Position numbers and translations under genes: made by a program. Shown here in pieces: positions 10,021 through 23,546 of a DNA stretch of 64,000 nucleotides. Numbering within the stretch: the first letter of the stretch is position 1; the number at the start of each line of letters is the position of its first letter. The notes beneath the pieces were generated by a model. That model was given only the letters and a program-made list of their open reading frames with translations, did not search any database and was not told where the DNA came from. The stretch covers positions 124,001 through 188,000 of the forward strand of contig CDROCS010000943.1 in NCBI GenBank assembly GCA_977020255.1, given 5' to 3'. Source of the DNA: Obrimoposthia wandeli. Lineage: Eukaryota.

Positions 10021-13000
10021 TAACAACCAATAATAACATTATAAATTATTAAAGAAGTATTCAAAAGAATTGAAACTGCAAGCCTCAAAATAAACTCGAA
10101 TAAATGCTACATTGGTCAGAAACAGTTATAATTCTTCATAACAAAAAGTGGAATACATACAAATCAATCGAAATTCAAAAAAAAGTTAAAAAAGTCAACT
10201 AGAAAGTAAGGATTTATCAGAAGTATGCAAAATAAGTTGTGATTTATCAGATAAAAGTATAACTTAAACTCTCATAATATCCTTTTTTTGAACAAAACTT
10301 TTCAGATTTAATTATTATACCTCTGCTGAACACTAATGAAATCAATTAAGCAATTTATCAATATCTTTGTCACCTAAGAATGGAAAAGGTTTATAACTAT
10401 ATGAAAGATAATTTATATTTGAAGGAAATGTTTCAAGAAATAAAAGAATGTATATCAAAATGCGTATAGCATGCCAAAAGTAAAATTGAAACAAATCCAC
10501 AAGAAGGAATGAAGATCTAAAATAAAGTATATGTTGATAGTAATCGATCGATTTAGTAAACTAGTATCACTATCAGCAACCAAAAAAGAAGATGAAATAA
10601 CGATTACTAAAGCCCTCAGGACAAACTGAATATATAGATTTCGAAAACCTAAGAGCATTTTAACAAATAGAGGATAAATATTTACTGGAATTTATTTTCA
10701 AAGTTGGCTACACAAATTTGATATTGAACAGAATCTTGCAGCACCATATCAACATCAAGCTAACGGTCTAACAGAAAGAGTTATATGCACGGTACGAGAT
10801 ATGATTATTACGACAATAGCGCCTACTAATATACGATTTATTATGACAAATTGAATTTACTATAAATGTGACAGTAAATGGTTCTTCAAAACATTCACCG
10901 TTGAGATCACTTATGGATTAAAAATAAAAATTCAAGCATCAAGTGCAACAACAAACAATAAAGAAGATATTATTCAAGTCGTAAGGAAGAACCAACAAAT
11001 CGCAGCTGAAAAGTTATAAAAGTTTCATAATGAAAGAAGAGGGAAAGGATATTTGAAGTAAATGAAAAGGTGCTTGTTAAAAAGAACACAATTAAAAGAA
11101 GCAAGAATAGTGACCAATATGAAGGCTCATATAGAATAATATAATTTTGGAGTCCACGTCAGGTATCAATTCAGTTTCCAAGAATAATCCTCCCCAGGAG
11201 AATCGAATGACTGAAAAAAATACAAGTTTGAATAGTGAAGGGGAGAGTTATGTAATCAGAAACCGGAAATATCATACCGAGATAATTAGTTCAAAAACAA
11301 GTATATAAATGAATAAACCTTCTTTTTGTAGAATCTGACTCTTTTGAGTTATGCTTACGAAGGAAAACATAACCTAAACTACTTATAATTGTTAACTTAA
11401 TTATGTATGCTAACTAAAAATAATTTATAATTTGGGATTTATATTTTTTGATCGTTACTAACTATATTTTAATGGTGCAATCAGGTACTCTTCCATATGC
11501 TGGACTTCACTCTGATTGGGTTGTTGCACCTCTTCAGTAGACTGTGTAATGGTTTCATCTCAGAGCTGCCCTACACTTTCCTATTTGGAATTCAGGTGTG
11601 CATGGTGGTCACCATCTACAATTATATTCAGGTTTTCGTCAGGAAAATTCTCGGTTTTGGAATAGTCTAGCAATTTAGTATATTGGGAACTTTTGAACCT
11701 CTGTTTTATCTGTATTCTGTTATCGTGCTATGTATCTTATGTAAAGGAGAAACATTGTCATTTTCTAAAGATTTTTACATTTACATATGTAAAGGAGAAA
11801 AATTGTCATTTTCTAAAGATTTTTATATTTGGGTAGAATTAATAAATATTTCAGGTAAATTATTCCATCTCTTTGCTAAAAGTTTCTAAATAGTTTCAGA
11901 TATTAAAGGTTTTAGGAAATTGAATTATAAGATACCTGAATATTTCGATATGTATTTAAATATCAACAATTGTTTCATCAAATGTGTGCAAAACTATTAT
12001 TCTTTCATTTTTGTTTCAAAAAATTATTGATTAATTAAATATTTTCAGTTTGAATTAAAAAAATGTTGATTTTTCCAAAACTTACCCACTTTTTATATAA
12101 CATAAACATTTATTTTGAAAGAGCACCACATTTTAAAATATCTATCTTAATACAGATTTAGATTATAAGCCTTAAAATAGTTTAACGAAATATTTACTAA
12201 ACCGTTATATTTATACCGAAGAAAATTAACCAGAATTTCTCGTGAGGTAATGTGGTGAAGTGTAATTATAACTCTAATTTTATCAGTTACTCAGAGGAAT
12301 CCCTATGTTATTTGAATAAAATCGGGGGGAAATCGGTTTATAGGAGGTCTGTTCACTTGTAAGAAAAGGCAATTTGACTACAGATTAAGCTGACGAAGTT
12401 CATTGCAGCGTTATAAATTTTAACTGACTACCCTTCAAATTAAAGATTAGATAAACGTGACATTACTTTTTTTATTGAATGTACATTTTAGGATTTTTTA
12501 AAACTTATCCGGAAATATTGACAACTACATTATCTCATAGTGCAGACCTGAATATCAAGGTAATTCATGTAAGGTGTACAAACCTCATCGTTAAATTAAT
12601 TAACAAATATATTATAATGTAAAAGTTAACAACCAATGGGGTTAAGTTGATATTTAACTATATTGATTCTGCAATTCTGTTCTGTCCCAGTTTCTTAGTA
12701 AAATATATATAATGCAAGCGAATAGCGGGACGGGAAACTATAGGGAAGATGATACCGTTGCCAAAATGGCGGATTTTGAATCTGCAAGCTTTAGATAAGG
12801 TGGGGTATACCTTGCTGGGCCTTATTTTGAAAAGGAAGGTAGAGAGTTCGGAATAATATGTATTTGTGCCTATTTACCTGCTTACAAACACGGGCAGAAC
12901 ATTTGGAGATGGCGTGAGACTTGAAAACAGACGGTTTTTGCGAGCCTTAAAAGTATGGGGAAGCAATCAAGCCGCAATTAATCATTTTCGATAACTGAAC

Positions 13001-14821
13001 CAATTTTAAGGAAGCAATGAATGTCGTACAGGAACTCAGAGTGGATGACTACAGGAACTCAGAGTGGATGACTACAGGATGCGAGAAGTGTTACACCTAT
13101 TTTATATTAGTAAGTTAAAATGAGATACCTGTAGTTGAGGTTATATTCCAATTACAGATCTCGCTGATAGGATCTCGTCTCTTTTCTGGCCTAGATAGTA
13201 CGTTCGAATATAATTTAGGTTAAATTATATGGAAGAATACATTTACACAAACCTACACGGATGAGCACAAAAATTAACAAATTTAAATCCATAGAAGAGC
13301 ACAAATTTTGATGAACTTACTAAGTTAAAAATAACTTAGTAAGTTAACTTTTTATGACAAGAAAATAAAATTTTGTGCATTGGAATTTTAACTGGATTTT
13401 CCGAATGATAATTAGCAAATTTTTGATTGAATTTATTGGAAAATTATAATTTTTCGCAATTATTACTTAAGTTTAATTCAAATAAAAGCTAAATAATGAA
13501 GATTAAATATAGAAATTGCTTTTATTTCGACTTTAATTTTAAGGAAATACAATAAAATGTTTCATAAATTCATAATAACTCCTATATATTAACTTTTTTT
13601 AATTAGTAATTGTCTGAAACTAACTTACTAATTTACAATAAGTGTATAAAAAGAAGAGATTCGTTGGGTATTTACGCCTAATTTTGATGGAGTGTTTGAG
13701 AACAAGAGAGCCAAGACGGCGATAGAAATCGTACTGTTGCATGCAGATTTAAGTGACTAATAGTTAATACCGGTGTTCGTGGAAGTAGAGGAACTGTTGA
13801 ATTCACGGCAATAACGTTTAAATCGGCTGGTAGCACGGAAGACATATCATTAAAACATACGGATTTCATGATGAGTGAACGAGAGGAACATTTGAAAACG
13901 AGATTGCATTAACTGATGGAGGGAGACTTCGACATCGATGATGTAGAATTCAGGTGGTAAATTCTACGTGGGTTAGAAGAGCTGAATAGAGGAGCACTGG
14001 AAAACCGTTGCGAGAAGGACAACAGGTGTGGATATTAGACGGAGAAGGATGTTTTAGGAGGAGGCTAAATTGCGATGCAATGCGTATTATGAATGAAAAT
14101 ATATTCATATTATTATTATTAGTAGTAAAAAAATTGATGTTGTTTAAAGAAGGAATCGGCGGAAAATAGAAAAAAGATTTTAATTGTGAAAAAAGTGCAT
14201 GGACATTTTTTTCTGATTTATTTGATGATTATTGGCTGCTGTTTGTAAAGTTGTTATTTTGTAAATTAGAAAATTTGAATAGGAATAAATTGATTTCGTG
14301 ATTTTGCCTTATGTTTATTTGCTGTCCTCATTCATGGAAACCTCTAAAAACGTCAGTCCTCAGAAAGAAAAATACATATTGGTACAAAAAAATTAAGCCC
14401 AAACTAGTCTTGATCGTCAATTTAGGGACTAAGTCCGTCTCATGCGATGAAACCTGGATCACTGTTTCAAAAATCAATGGTACGTATTTATAATTCAAAA
14501 GCGATGTGCTTTTTAAGTGATAAAAGAGTATAAATGTTCAGTTAAGGTAAAATATTTGAATAGTAATAAAAAAATAATGAAGACAGAAAAATATATTAAA
14601 TGGATTGATTCATTCTAGGATGATCGTTTTAATGCTGTGCCGGATTTGGGATTCTTTTTCACGGTTTCTGACAAGGAACTTTGCCTGCTTGAATTGCTCA
14701 CTAGGGGATTTAATACCTCGGGTAGATCAAATTCTTCTCTAAGCGTTGTTTCTTTTAACCTGAATATTTTTATATGATATGGTTTGCATCTTCCATGTTG
14801 GTGTGAACTCTTTCCTGTGTC

Positions 14822-15330
14822 TCGAGGAGGGGAAAGTGGACTAACCCAAACAGAAGTTTGCAAGTTTGAAGGGAATTAAATTTATTGAAGGATTTGATGT
14901 GAATTGGTGCGAAAGATTAAAAAAGAAGATGTAATAATAATTGATGATTTGTATCAGGAAGCTAACAATGAATCAGACTTTAATAATTTAATTACAAAGA
15001 TTGCAAGACATCGCGAAGTAACAGTTATATTTATCACTGGAAATCTTTTTTCACCAAGGAGGTCATCATAGAACAAGAAATCTCAATGTACATTACATAT
15101 TATTTTTAAAAAATCTTAGTGATCAAACAGTTGTCGATTTCGTGGCCAGACAAGCATTTCCCAATAATAAAAGCTTTTAGTTGATTCATTCCATACTGCT
15201 GCTAAACAAGTAGATGGGTATATATTTATAGACTTAAAACAAGCTTTCCGCAATGAATTACATATTTTAACAGATGATTTTAATTCTAAGGGAGTAACTG
15301 TTTTAAAACAAACAGAGAACAATTTTAAAA
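14822..15330 (+). pseudogene. Polinton packaging ATPase, central/C-terminal part
   Basis: Walker B VIIIDDLYQE, then KIARHREVTVIFITGNLF, RTRNLNVHYILFLKN and GYIFIDLK; frameshifted. Confidence 0.85.
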
Positions 15331-15610
15331 AATTATTTGCAATGCGTTTTAAGAATTTGATAGTAAAACGTAAATGAAAAGTAAAATCAAAGCCTAAGAG
15401 ATCGAAAAAAATAAACAATAAGAAAAAAGAAGTGAATAAATGAATCAAGTCTGTAGTTCGAAATAAAAGAAAACTTAAATGGCTTCGAATACAAACCATA
15501 TTAAATGACCTTTTTAAAATAATGAAAGTACAAAGAATTATACCATATTTTAAAGCTTTTATAAAGTTTTGGGTCGAATAAAAATTGGAAAACGGAAATA
15601 TGTATTAAAG

Positions 15611-16537
15611 TGTTAAGATCCAGAATTGGACGAATTTAATAAAAATAATTAAATAATCGGCTATATTTATAGTCCTGGCCAAGAACATTTCGTAACTCTG
15701 AAAATTAAATTAAATTATTAAAAAAGGGAAAAATTTAGAAAATTAGGAATTTCCAAGAAATGGAAATTAATCGATCCCATGTGACTGCTGATTCAACAGC
15801 ATAAATAGAGTCACATGAGACACAACAACACTCAAGAAGTACATTAAGTCGAGCAACAGAAGCAGAAGTGGATTGTTCCAACCTAGAAGAAAAGAAGAAT
15901 TTTCTTCCAAACAAACTGGTCGCTGATTCGCCAAAGGAAACTATAAGAAGAGAAAAGTAGCAGAAGTAGATAGTAATAATCGCGACAATCGAAAAAATCG
16001 AAGATGCTGCCAGAACGAATTTTCCCACAAGAGAACACTTGAAGAGGACTACACAAGAAGCCAGGAACAAACCGACGAGGAGAGGATGAACTCGCGACAG
16101 GATCAAGGACGAGTTATAAACGGCGAGTAGATTAATTAATTTTGAAATCATCTTTCCTTAAAATTGTTTGAACTTGATTTTTTGTAATTATCCTGTCAAC
16201 GGAGAATTAGTTTAGTTATTTAAACTCTTAATTTTGAACATTGTACTGTCCTGTACACGGACAGCTTCTTGTTGATAACCAAAAACATCAGAGCAAAAAC
16301 TGTCTAGCCTGAAACAGGCCTGAGCCTTATGTAACCTTTACCCTTGTCTATAGATATAAAATTAGCCTGTAAACGGCACAAACAACACATTTCCCAGACA
16401 CGTCTGAATAAATTAGACAGCGCACGAGACTCTCTTTTATCATTGTGTAATTTTAAACCAACGTATTTGTTTTGTATTTTGATTTGGCATAGAATAAAAG
16501 TTTTTTATTTTGAATAAAATTGTTTTCAAATAAGACA
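15611..16537 (+). mobile_element. solo LTR, TGTTAAG family (copy B1)
   Basis: TGTTAAG...AATAAGACA termini, TATA-like box and AATAAA near the 3' end; colinear with 40711-41817. Confidence 0.65.
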
Positions 16538-16700
16538 TAGAACCAGGAGAGGCTGTTAATTGTTCGAGAATAGTTTGACGGTATACGACTATAGAATATA
16601 GAGAATAACCCCATGTTTAATCGAAAAATACATTTTTAGAAGCCATCAACTCATTGATCAAGCGAACATTTAAAATTAGAATTGAGGCAAACAAAAAACG

Positions 16701-17985
16701 TTCAATAAGTCCCTAGCCTACCATAGAAAACAGAAAGTAACCAAATATATTTTTTTATTTTACAACAACATGTAACTATATAAAGTCTTTTTTTTGACAT
16801 ATGATCCATTTTTGTCGACACATTTTTTCCAGCGGATGATTAGTTCCCGGAAAGCCTTTTCAAAGAAATCAGGCTCACATTTATTGAAAAAATCACGAAC
16901 ATTGTTAATCAAATCATCTCTGCTGTCAAACTTAATGCCTCTCAAATGCTTCTTAAGATACTGGAAGATGTAGAAGTCACTAGGTGCGAGGTTTGGGCTA
17001 TATGGTGGATGATTCAGCAGAGAAAAGCCCATCTCCAGAATTGTCTGTCCTGTGAGGTTTGCAGTGTGCACTGGCGCATTATCCTGAAATAGCCATAAAG
17101 GTGTGTTTCGTGCTTTGCGTCTGTTCTGTCTTGTAATTGTTGCAAGATTACTGTAGTATGCTGCATTAATAGTGCTGCTTTCTCAGTGAAATTTAGTTTT
17201 ATAACACCCTTTGTGTCCCAAAACACTGTCAGCATTGTTTCTTTTCGATGAATTGGTTCCAATCTCATTTTGTTTGACGGATTCTCATTTGGAAACTTCC
17301 ATTCCTTGGATTCACGACGAGATTCGGGCAAGTACATAGAAAGAGTTGTTTCATCAGTTGTTACAATGTTACTTAGGAAACGGTCACCCCTCTGTTCATA
17401 AAGTTGCAAATTTTCAACACAGCACTCCAATCGATGATTCATCATTTCGCCAGTCAAAAACTTGGGCACAAATCTTGAACACAGTTTTCGAATACCCATA
17501 TATCTTTCACCATTGTGTGAAGGCTTCCCACACTGATATTACGACGAATGAACATCACTTTAAAAGAGATTCTGCGTTCATTATTCACGATCTTAATTAA
17601 TTTTCCCTTAACTTGATCTGGAATCTCTTGAGGTCTTCCCGTTCTTTCATCATCAAACACAGAATGCGACCATTTTTAAAATACTTGACCCACATTTCCA
17701 CAGTAGCATAACATGGATATTCACCCTTGTACGTATCTTGAAGCATTTTATTTATTTCAGTTGCGTTTAGTCCTTGCAAAACAAAAAACTTGATAACACT
17801 CCTGTATTCCACTTGATTTATCATAAATTTGAAAATGTGCCACTAAAAATATAAACAAAAGTAACACATTAAAATAAAGTATTTAGTTTTTACTTATATA
17901 TAATTATGTAGTTAAATGAAAAAATTAAGGATTGTATCTATCTTTTTACTATGGTAGGCTAGGGATTTATTGAATGTACCACGTA
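16701..17985 (-). mobile_element. mariner DNA transposon (DD34D), frameshifted transposase 17824->16760
   Basis: HTH N-terminus, SRFVPKFLT, VTTDET, QDNAPVH, HPPYSPNLAPSDF. TIR TTCAATAAGTCCCTAGCCTACCATAG at 16701 and its inverse at ~17949-17974. Confidence 0.95.
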
Positions 17986-18009
17986 CCTTCAGATAACTTT
18001 TGAAAATAA

Positions 18010-18914
18010 AATGTTAGGTCGTCCATACAAAACCTATTATTCTAAAGAACTCCCGCACCAGAGGTTACCCTAAGAAGTACTTCAACTCTGGTCCAACAAA
18101 AGAAATACAAAAAAATCTTCTAGATATTTGTAATGAAAAATATTTAAAAAATGAAACTAAATTTTTTAAAAAACAGAATGGAGGTTTCATAATGGCTGTT
18201 ATACCAGTTGTTGCTTCAATTATTAGTAGTACTAGAGCCGTGACACGGACATAAATATTTTAAAAAAATCACCTTAAGATATGAGTGCTATCCCTTCTTT
18301 ACCTATTTTTTTAAATATTGTAATTGTTGTAATAGAAAAAATATGGCTCAATCAAAAAGACTCAGTTGGCTACATATGAGTTTCAAAATTAATAAAAAGA
18401 GCTAAAAAGAATTACAAGAAAACGCAAAGCAATCAGTTTGTTTACAGTAGGAACAAGCCGATGAGACAGTTTCTAACAAGTGTGCCTAATAATTTATGGA
18501 AAATGGATTTGAAGGAGGTGACTTCATTTTCTTTTATTAAGGTCCTGTCTCATTGTAAAGATACAGGTCGTACTCGCAGGTACAGCCAGATCTTAGGCTA
18601 CATTGTAAAATCATCGGTAAACAATATGGATCTGGCTGGCTTAGAACATTAGATAGATTTGCCTTTCCTCTTTTGAAGAGACTAAGACGATTTATATCAA
18701 AATTAGGAAAGGACTACCTTTTATCCAAGGATAATAAATGAATATTAACTTTAAGAAGCTTGAACTTAATGAACTTGACAATGTTCTACCATAGGTTGCT
18801 TATTTAATTAGAAAAGGTAAATTAAGTAAAAATCAAGAAGGTAAGGGATTTAAACGTAAAAAGAAACAAAATATCGCTATAAACAAACGTAAGAAAGTTG
18901 GAAATATTCAAAAA
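18010..18914 (+). pseudogene. Polinton basic core / protease-processed virion protein ORFs
   Basis: KQNGGFIMAVIPVVASII, KQYGSGWLRTLDRFAFPLLKRL and NQEGKGFKRKKKQ lie directly before the MCP start. Confidence 0.6.
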
Positions 18915-19430
18915 ATGAGTTGCGCAAAATCCGAATTGTGTATTTTTGATAAACCTCTTCCACAAGTTATTGTAGATAATGCTTTCAATGAAGAAATATT
19001 TCTAGTTAACTCAGTTTCACAAACAACCTTAATCAATTTAGAATTTAATATTTACTTTTCCAACATTGATTATTTAGATTTGAATGATACTTTGCTTTAT
19101 GTTCAACTATAAGTAACAAATCAAGATGGTACTAATTTAGCAGAAAATGCAGATGTAACACCTGTTAACTACTTCTTTAATTCTTTATTTAATGATGCTA
19201 TTGTTATTCTTATAATGTTAAAATTGAAAGTAGGAATTCTTCCTATGCTCATAGAGCTTTACTTTAAAGTCTATTGAATTGTAGTACTGATATTCAAAAT
19301 ACTAATTTTGCAACCATTATTTTTTTATAAAACGACTACTAATCGTCAAGAATGGATTTCAGTCTATAGCTTATTAAATATGAAATTAAACTTTTTTAAA
19401 CAACCAAAATATTTATTTTCGAGTGTGAAG
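18915..19430 (+). pseudogene. Polinton major capsid protein (double jelly-roll), N-terminal fragment
   Basis: CAKSELCIF..P.PQ, LEFNI, YLDLNDTLLYV, VTPVNYFFNSLF: typical Maverick MCP N-terminus, with stops. Confidence 0.8.
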
Positions 19431-20759
19431 CCAGAACCCAGTCTCTGAAGAAATCTTTTGTATTCGTCAGGAGACAAAATATATCCGTGGATCTAAAGAC
19501 CAAGAAACCTATCGAGAAACAGCTCCGGAAACCAAAAATCTAGCGTGGAGACTAGTGTGAAAATCTATGTCATACATTACCACCGTACCAGGGACACAGG
19601 ATGAAGTAAAACTCAATTCGGAGAAAATATATGACTTCTTGCAAGGAACATATTTGACGATCAAAGGAAGAATAAGAAGTACCCTGCATTTCTAATATCC
19701 GGGTCCTACATGGAGGCCTACTTGTTCTACTTCAACGATGGAGCAGGGATTGTCGCAAAAAACATTGTGATTGAGCAAATGAAATGTGTACAAAACGTTC
19801 TGTGTAAGTAATTGTTAGAGCTAAATTTAAAGGAATATTAGAATAACAAATATTTAAATTACTATCCTTAAAAAACTTTTAAGCATATAAATAACAATTT
19901 CTTAAAGTTATGAATACAGTTTATATCAAAATACTTATTAAAATGTTATGTTGTGACCCACAATTAAGAATAATAGTTTTAAAATATTAATTAATTTGGT
20001 GTAAAATTCACCTTTTTACGAATAACTTTTTAAAGAAAAACCTTAGATCAAAATTGGAACTACATATAAATTAGTAATGAAATATCGATTTATTTCATGT
20101 ATGCTCGAAAGTTTTTAAACTTTCATATTAAGAAATATCCACAAAAATGGGAATTTTGTTAATTAAAAAGTTAATTGATAAAACTTTGAAGAAGAATTTC
20201 TAGACATCTAAAAGTTGCAAATAAATTAACAAAACTTCATTTTAAATCATAAGTTATTTCCCATTGAAAAATGTACGGCTCATAAAAATCCCACCTTTGG
20301 GTAAAAATGTCCTATAGTATAAGAAAGTACTTTACAATACTAACAGGCAAACACACCTACTAACGGGTTATCCAATGGAACCTAAGTGGGCAAATTATCT
20401 AAAGGACCAAACCCCATTTAGATTAAATTAATCAAAATCAAAAACCCCAAAAGGAAGACCCGGGCACTACATAGAAATTAGAAGAATATAAAAACCCTTG
20501 TTTTTGGGAATAGATTCATTAAAATTTTACTGTACATCCTCCAAAATGTTATACAGGTGATTTATTTTTTGTTTGTGCTATTTTTGTTTTTACTATTGTT
20601 TTGTTGTTGTTGTTAAAACTTATTATGAACTCTCAAAATTGTTGGCCCCCTGGCCAATTTTGATTTGTTGTAAATAATAAAATTATATTGTAATATTTAT
20701 ATAGAATAATTTTTAATATTTAAATTAAGCCCAACATAATGATTTCAAAAGATAAATTC

Positions 20760-22111
20760 GAAATATGGAAGAAAGCCTACGAGTATGACCTTTTATTCTG
20801 GAATAAATAGGTCCACTACTTAGAAAAATCTGAAAACTACAGTGGAATCTATGGAGACAGTATCCCCCGAGGTTGAGGAAGCTGACACATTGTCTCAGGC
20901 CCTTGCACTACTACCAGCACCCACAACTACGAACAATACAGCAATACTAACAGCACCCACAAGTTCAAAGAATAAAGAATCTATTATCAATAACAAAAAA
21001 CGCAAAATGTCAGAGAGGAAAAGGAGTGATTCTGAGGGGTGCGCCAAGCGTACTCAGACTATCGCTGTTCCTTTAAACTAGGATGCTCAACATCGGATAG
21101 GGCTGGGATGCTGTTGTCGTTATTGACATCTCCAATGTGCTGAGTAGTAACCTCTACCCTAGTGAGAGGACCGTGGACCCCGCGTTCGTGATCAAAATCA
21201 ACTGCATCAAACGTAGATTTGTGGAAAAACAGTTTGCATTAAATCATGAGAATGCTAAAGACAAACATTACAAACCCCGGAATGCTGGTGCAGTCAAGTA
21301 CCATGATCTTGCCAAATTGGAATGTGCAAATTCCAAAAAAGCAATCAATCAGATTATGATCGAGAACATTGATATTCATAGTACGCCGGACAAGAGAAAC
21401 AAACTTGGCTTCTTCAAGACTAAGATGTCAGAACCTATATCGACGGATTGGAGTACATTACCTGACGACCTTTTTCAGAGAGAAGTAAGAACATTTAAGT
21501 GCGATATCGTTACTGCAAAGATGATAAGTTTCACTATCAGGAAAGTCTCTACAAGCTCCCCAGGACCCGATGGGATAACATACTCCAACATCAGGAAGCA
21601 TAACCCAAATTACAATGAGATAACGTTCTTTTTTAACAAGATACCGGAAGCCAATACCATGCCTACTGCATGAAGAACCTTGAGGACCAAGTTTATTCCT
21701 AAAGCCAGAAAATATTCTTTTAGCTACATTTCTGCGTGGAGACCACTTGCGGTTATGCGTTGCTTTTATAAAGTACTGGCAAGTGTAATTGCATCTGATC
21801 TACAAAACTTGTCATGGAAAGAAAAACTTATACATTCATCTCAAAAGAGGATCGGCACGTTTGAGGACTGTTTTGAGCACAATGCAGTGCTCAATCTCGT
21901 CACCAATGAGTGTCACAGAAACAAAAGATCCTATCATGTTGCATTCCTGGATATCACTGATGCCTTTGGGTCAGTGCCCATAGACTTCATCGTGGGAATG
22001 ATGTTGAAAATTAACATTTCTGAGAATATGTGTAAGCTTGTACACAGTATCTACGAGGAGAACAAAACTGACATACAATGTAGAGAAACTAAGATAATAA
22101 TAATAGTATAA
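20760..22111 (+). mobile_element. R2/NeSL-superfamily non-LTR retrotransposon fossil (Zn finger + RT N-terminal half), 3' part missing
   Basis: Degenerate C2H2 (CIKRRF...LNHE...H), SSPGPDGITY, WRPLAV...YKVL, CFEHN, VAFLDITDAFGSVP. Confidence 0.85.
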
Positions 22112-23259
22112 CTTATTCATTAGTATGACCTAGATACATTATTAAAGAAAGTAATTTTTCAAATACAATTTGTTTGACTTTAGTCTATTTTAGAGCATTT
22201 AAACAATTCATTTGATATTTTAGCCCGAAACATCAATAATCGACGGAGTAAATATCAGTAGAAAAAGGCCGAATTTTTAGCAATTATTTTATAAATAGAT
22301 GTCTTAAAAATGGGTTCGGGCATCCAAACTTCCCCTTAAAGAAATTGAATGTCTTTTAAGATATAGCAGGCCAAATTGTTATTCAAAAAATCCTCGAAAA
22401 ACGACAAATACACTATTTTTTTGCACGCTTGACATTTAAGAATGGTTAACTATTTTAAGTAAAATATGTTAATAATCATATGAATTTATTTAAAATTTAT
22501 AAATATTGAAACTTATAATTACATTTGTCTTAGATTTTTTAAAATATTTAAATGATAATGTCAAATCTTTTTCGTCTTAATATATCATTATTCGTTTTTT
22601 AATTACAATATTTTGAAATATTTTGAGTAGATAAAAATAATTTTTTATATTAAACATTTCATAAAAATATTTAATAATTATGAATTTTAACAATTCACAT
22701 GGTTGTTTATGTAATTTGAATAATATTAATTCTACAGTTTTCTGTTCAGCATTTCAGTTTATAAACGGATTTTCGAAACAGATTTTTTTGCGTTAAGATT
22801 ACTTTTATTTAAATCTGGAATCAATGTAATGTAAGCTTATTGTCACGTGAATAAAGTTAATTATCTTTTCAGATTGGTTTTCAATTTTGCGGAGTACTCT
22901 GAGTAGTTCATTTTTTCAGATATTTAGCAGTTATGTTATATTATAATTATTTATCTTTATTTAAAAAAAGATAATCAATCATAATTTTAATATTCAAATA
23001 TATCAAGTTAAAAGGTTTAAACGATTTGGTGGATAGAAAAAACTAACAGGTTCAAATTTTAATAGGATGATGAAGTTAAATGAATTTGTCATAAATCTAT
23101 CACAATGTGTATATCGTCATAATTTTCGATCTACATCGAAAAATAAGCAGAACTGTTCAATTAAGACATTGAAAGTTGAAAGAAAAATACACATGCAAGA
23201 CGTTGTAGGTTAAAGTTATCAGAATATCCCTTTAATCGGTTAATTTCGACTGAGAAGAC

Positions 23260-23546
23260 TCAATACATGAGAATGCCCTCGGCCTTGGCCTGGTACATCT
23301 TCTTTTGGCCCGGACAGCATCGGGAGAAGTCCACGTGCACGACGAGAGAAACCGCGATATTGATGAGAAAGCCAGCTAAACCGCCCAAACAGAAGTAGAA
23401 ACAGTAGCCAAAGCCGCTGACTGCTGGCTGTGTGGACACAAGCAGGCTCCAACCATTGGCGACCTCCTGACTAGTGAGCAGCAGCGGGGCCAGACGATTG
23501 ATGGTGAGGTAACTGCTGACGCCGAGGGCCACTACCACCGACACGA
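23260..23546 (-). CDS. CLRN: clarin exon 3
   Basis: Acceptor CATCGTGCAG; phase 1; ends KAEGILMY*. Confidence 0.8.

Larger units (their letters stand above)
8700..11400 (+). mobile_element. degenerate Ty3/gypsy LTR retrotransposon (protease-RT-integrase remnants)
   Basis: RT remnants DYKQLNDVINKFTFPIP and TIVYLDDIL (9130-9430). Integrase remnant ...APYQHQANGLTERV (10650-10800). Polypurine tract GAAGGGGAGAG followed by TGTAA at ~11251. Confidence 0.75.
14822..19430 (+). mobile_element. Polinton/Maverick remnant 3 (ATPase, core proteins, major capsid), interrupted by a solo LTR and a mariner
   Basis: ATPase, Q-x-G-G / Q-x-G-x-G core-protein ORFs and MCP occur in virus-like order; no termini recognised. 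Confidence 0.8.

Noticed and set aside
11740-13080. Short tandem duplications (11740-11830, 13027-13078; similar ones at 8560-8582 and 58860-58929)
   Set aside because: Ordinary slippage products with no further structure.
15735-16151. Hydrophobic 138-aa minus ORF as a membrane protein
   Set aside because: Antisense to a purine-rich segment of a solo LTR; no splice or family support.
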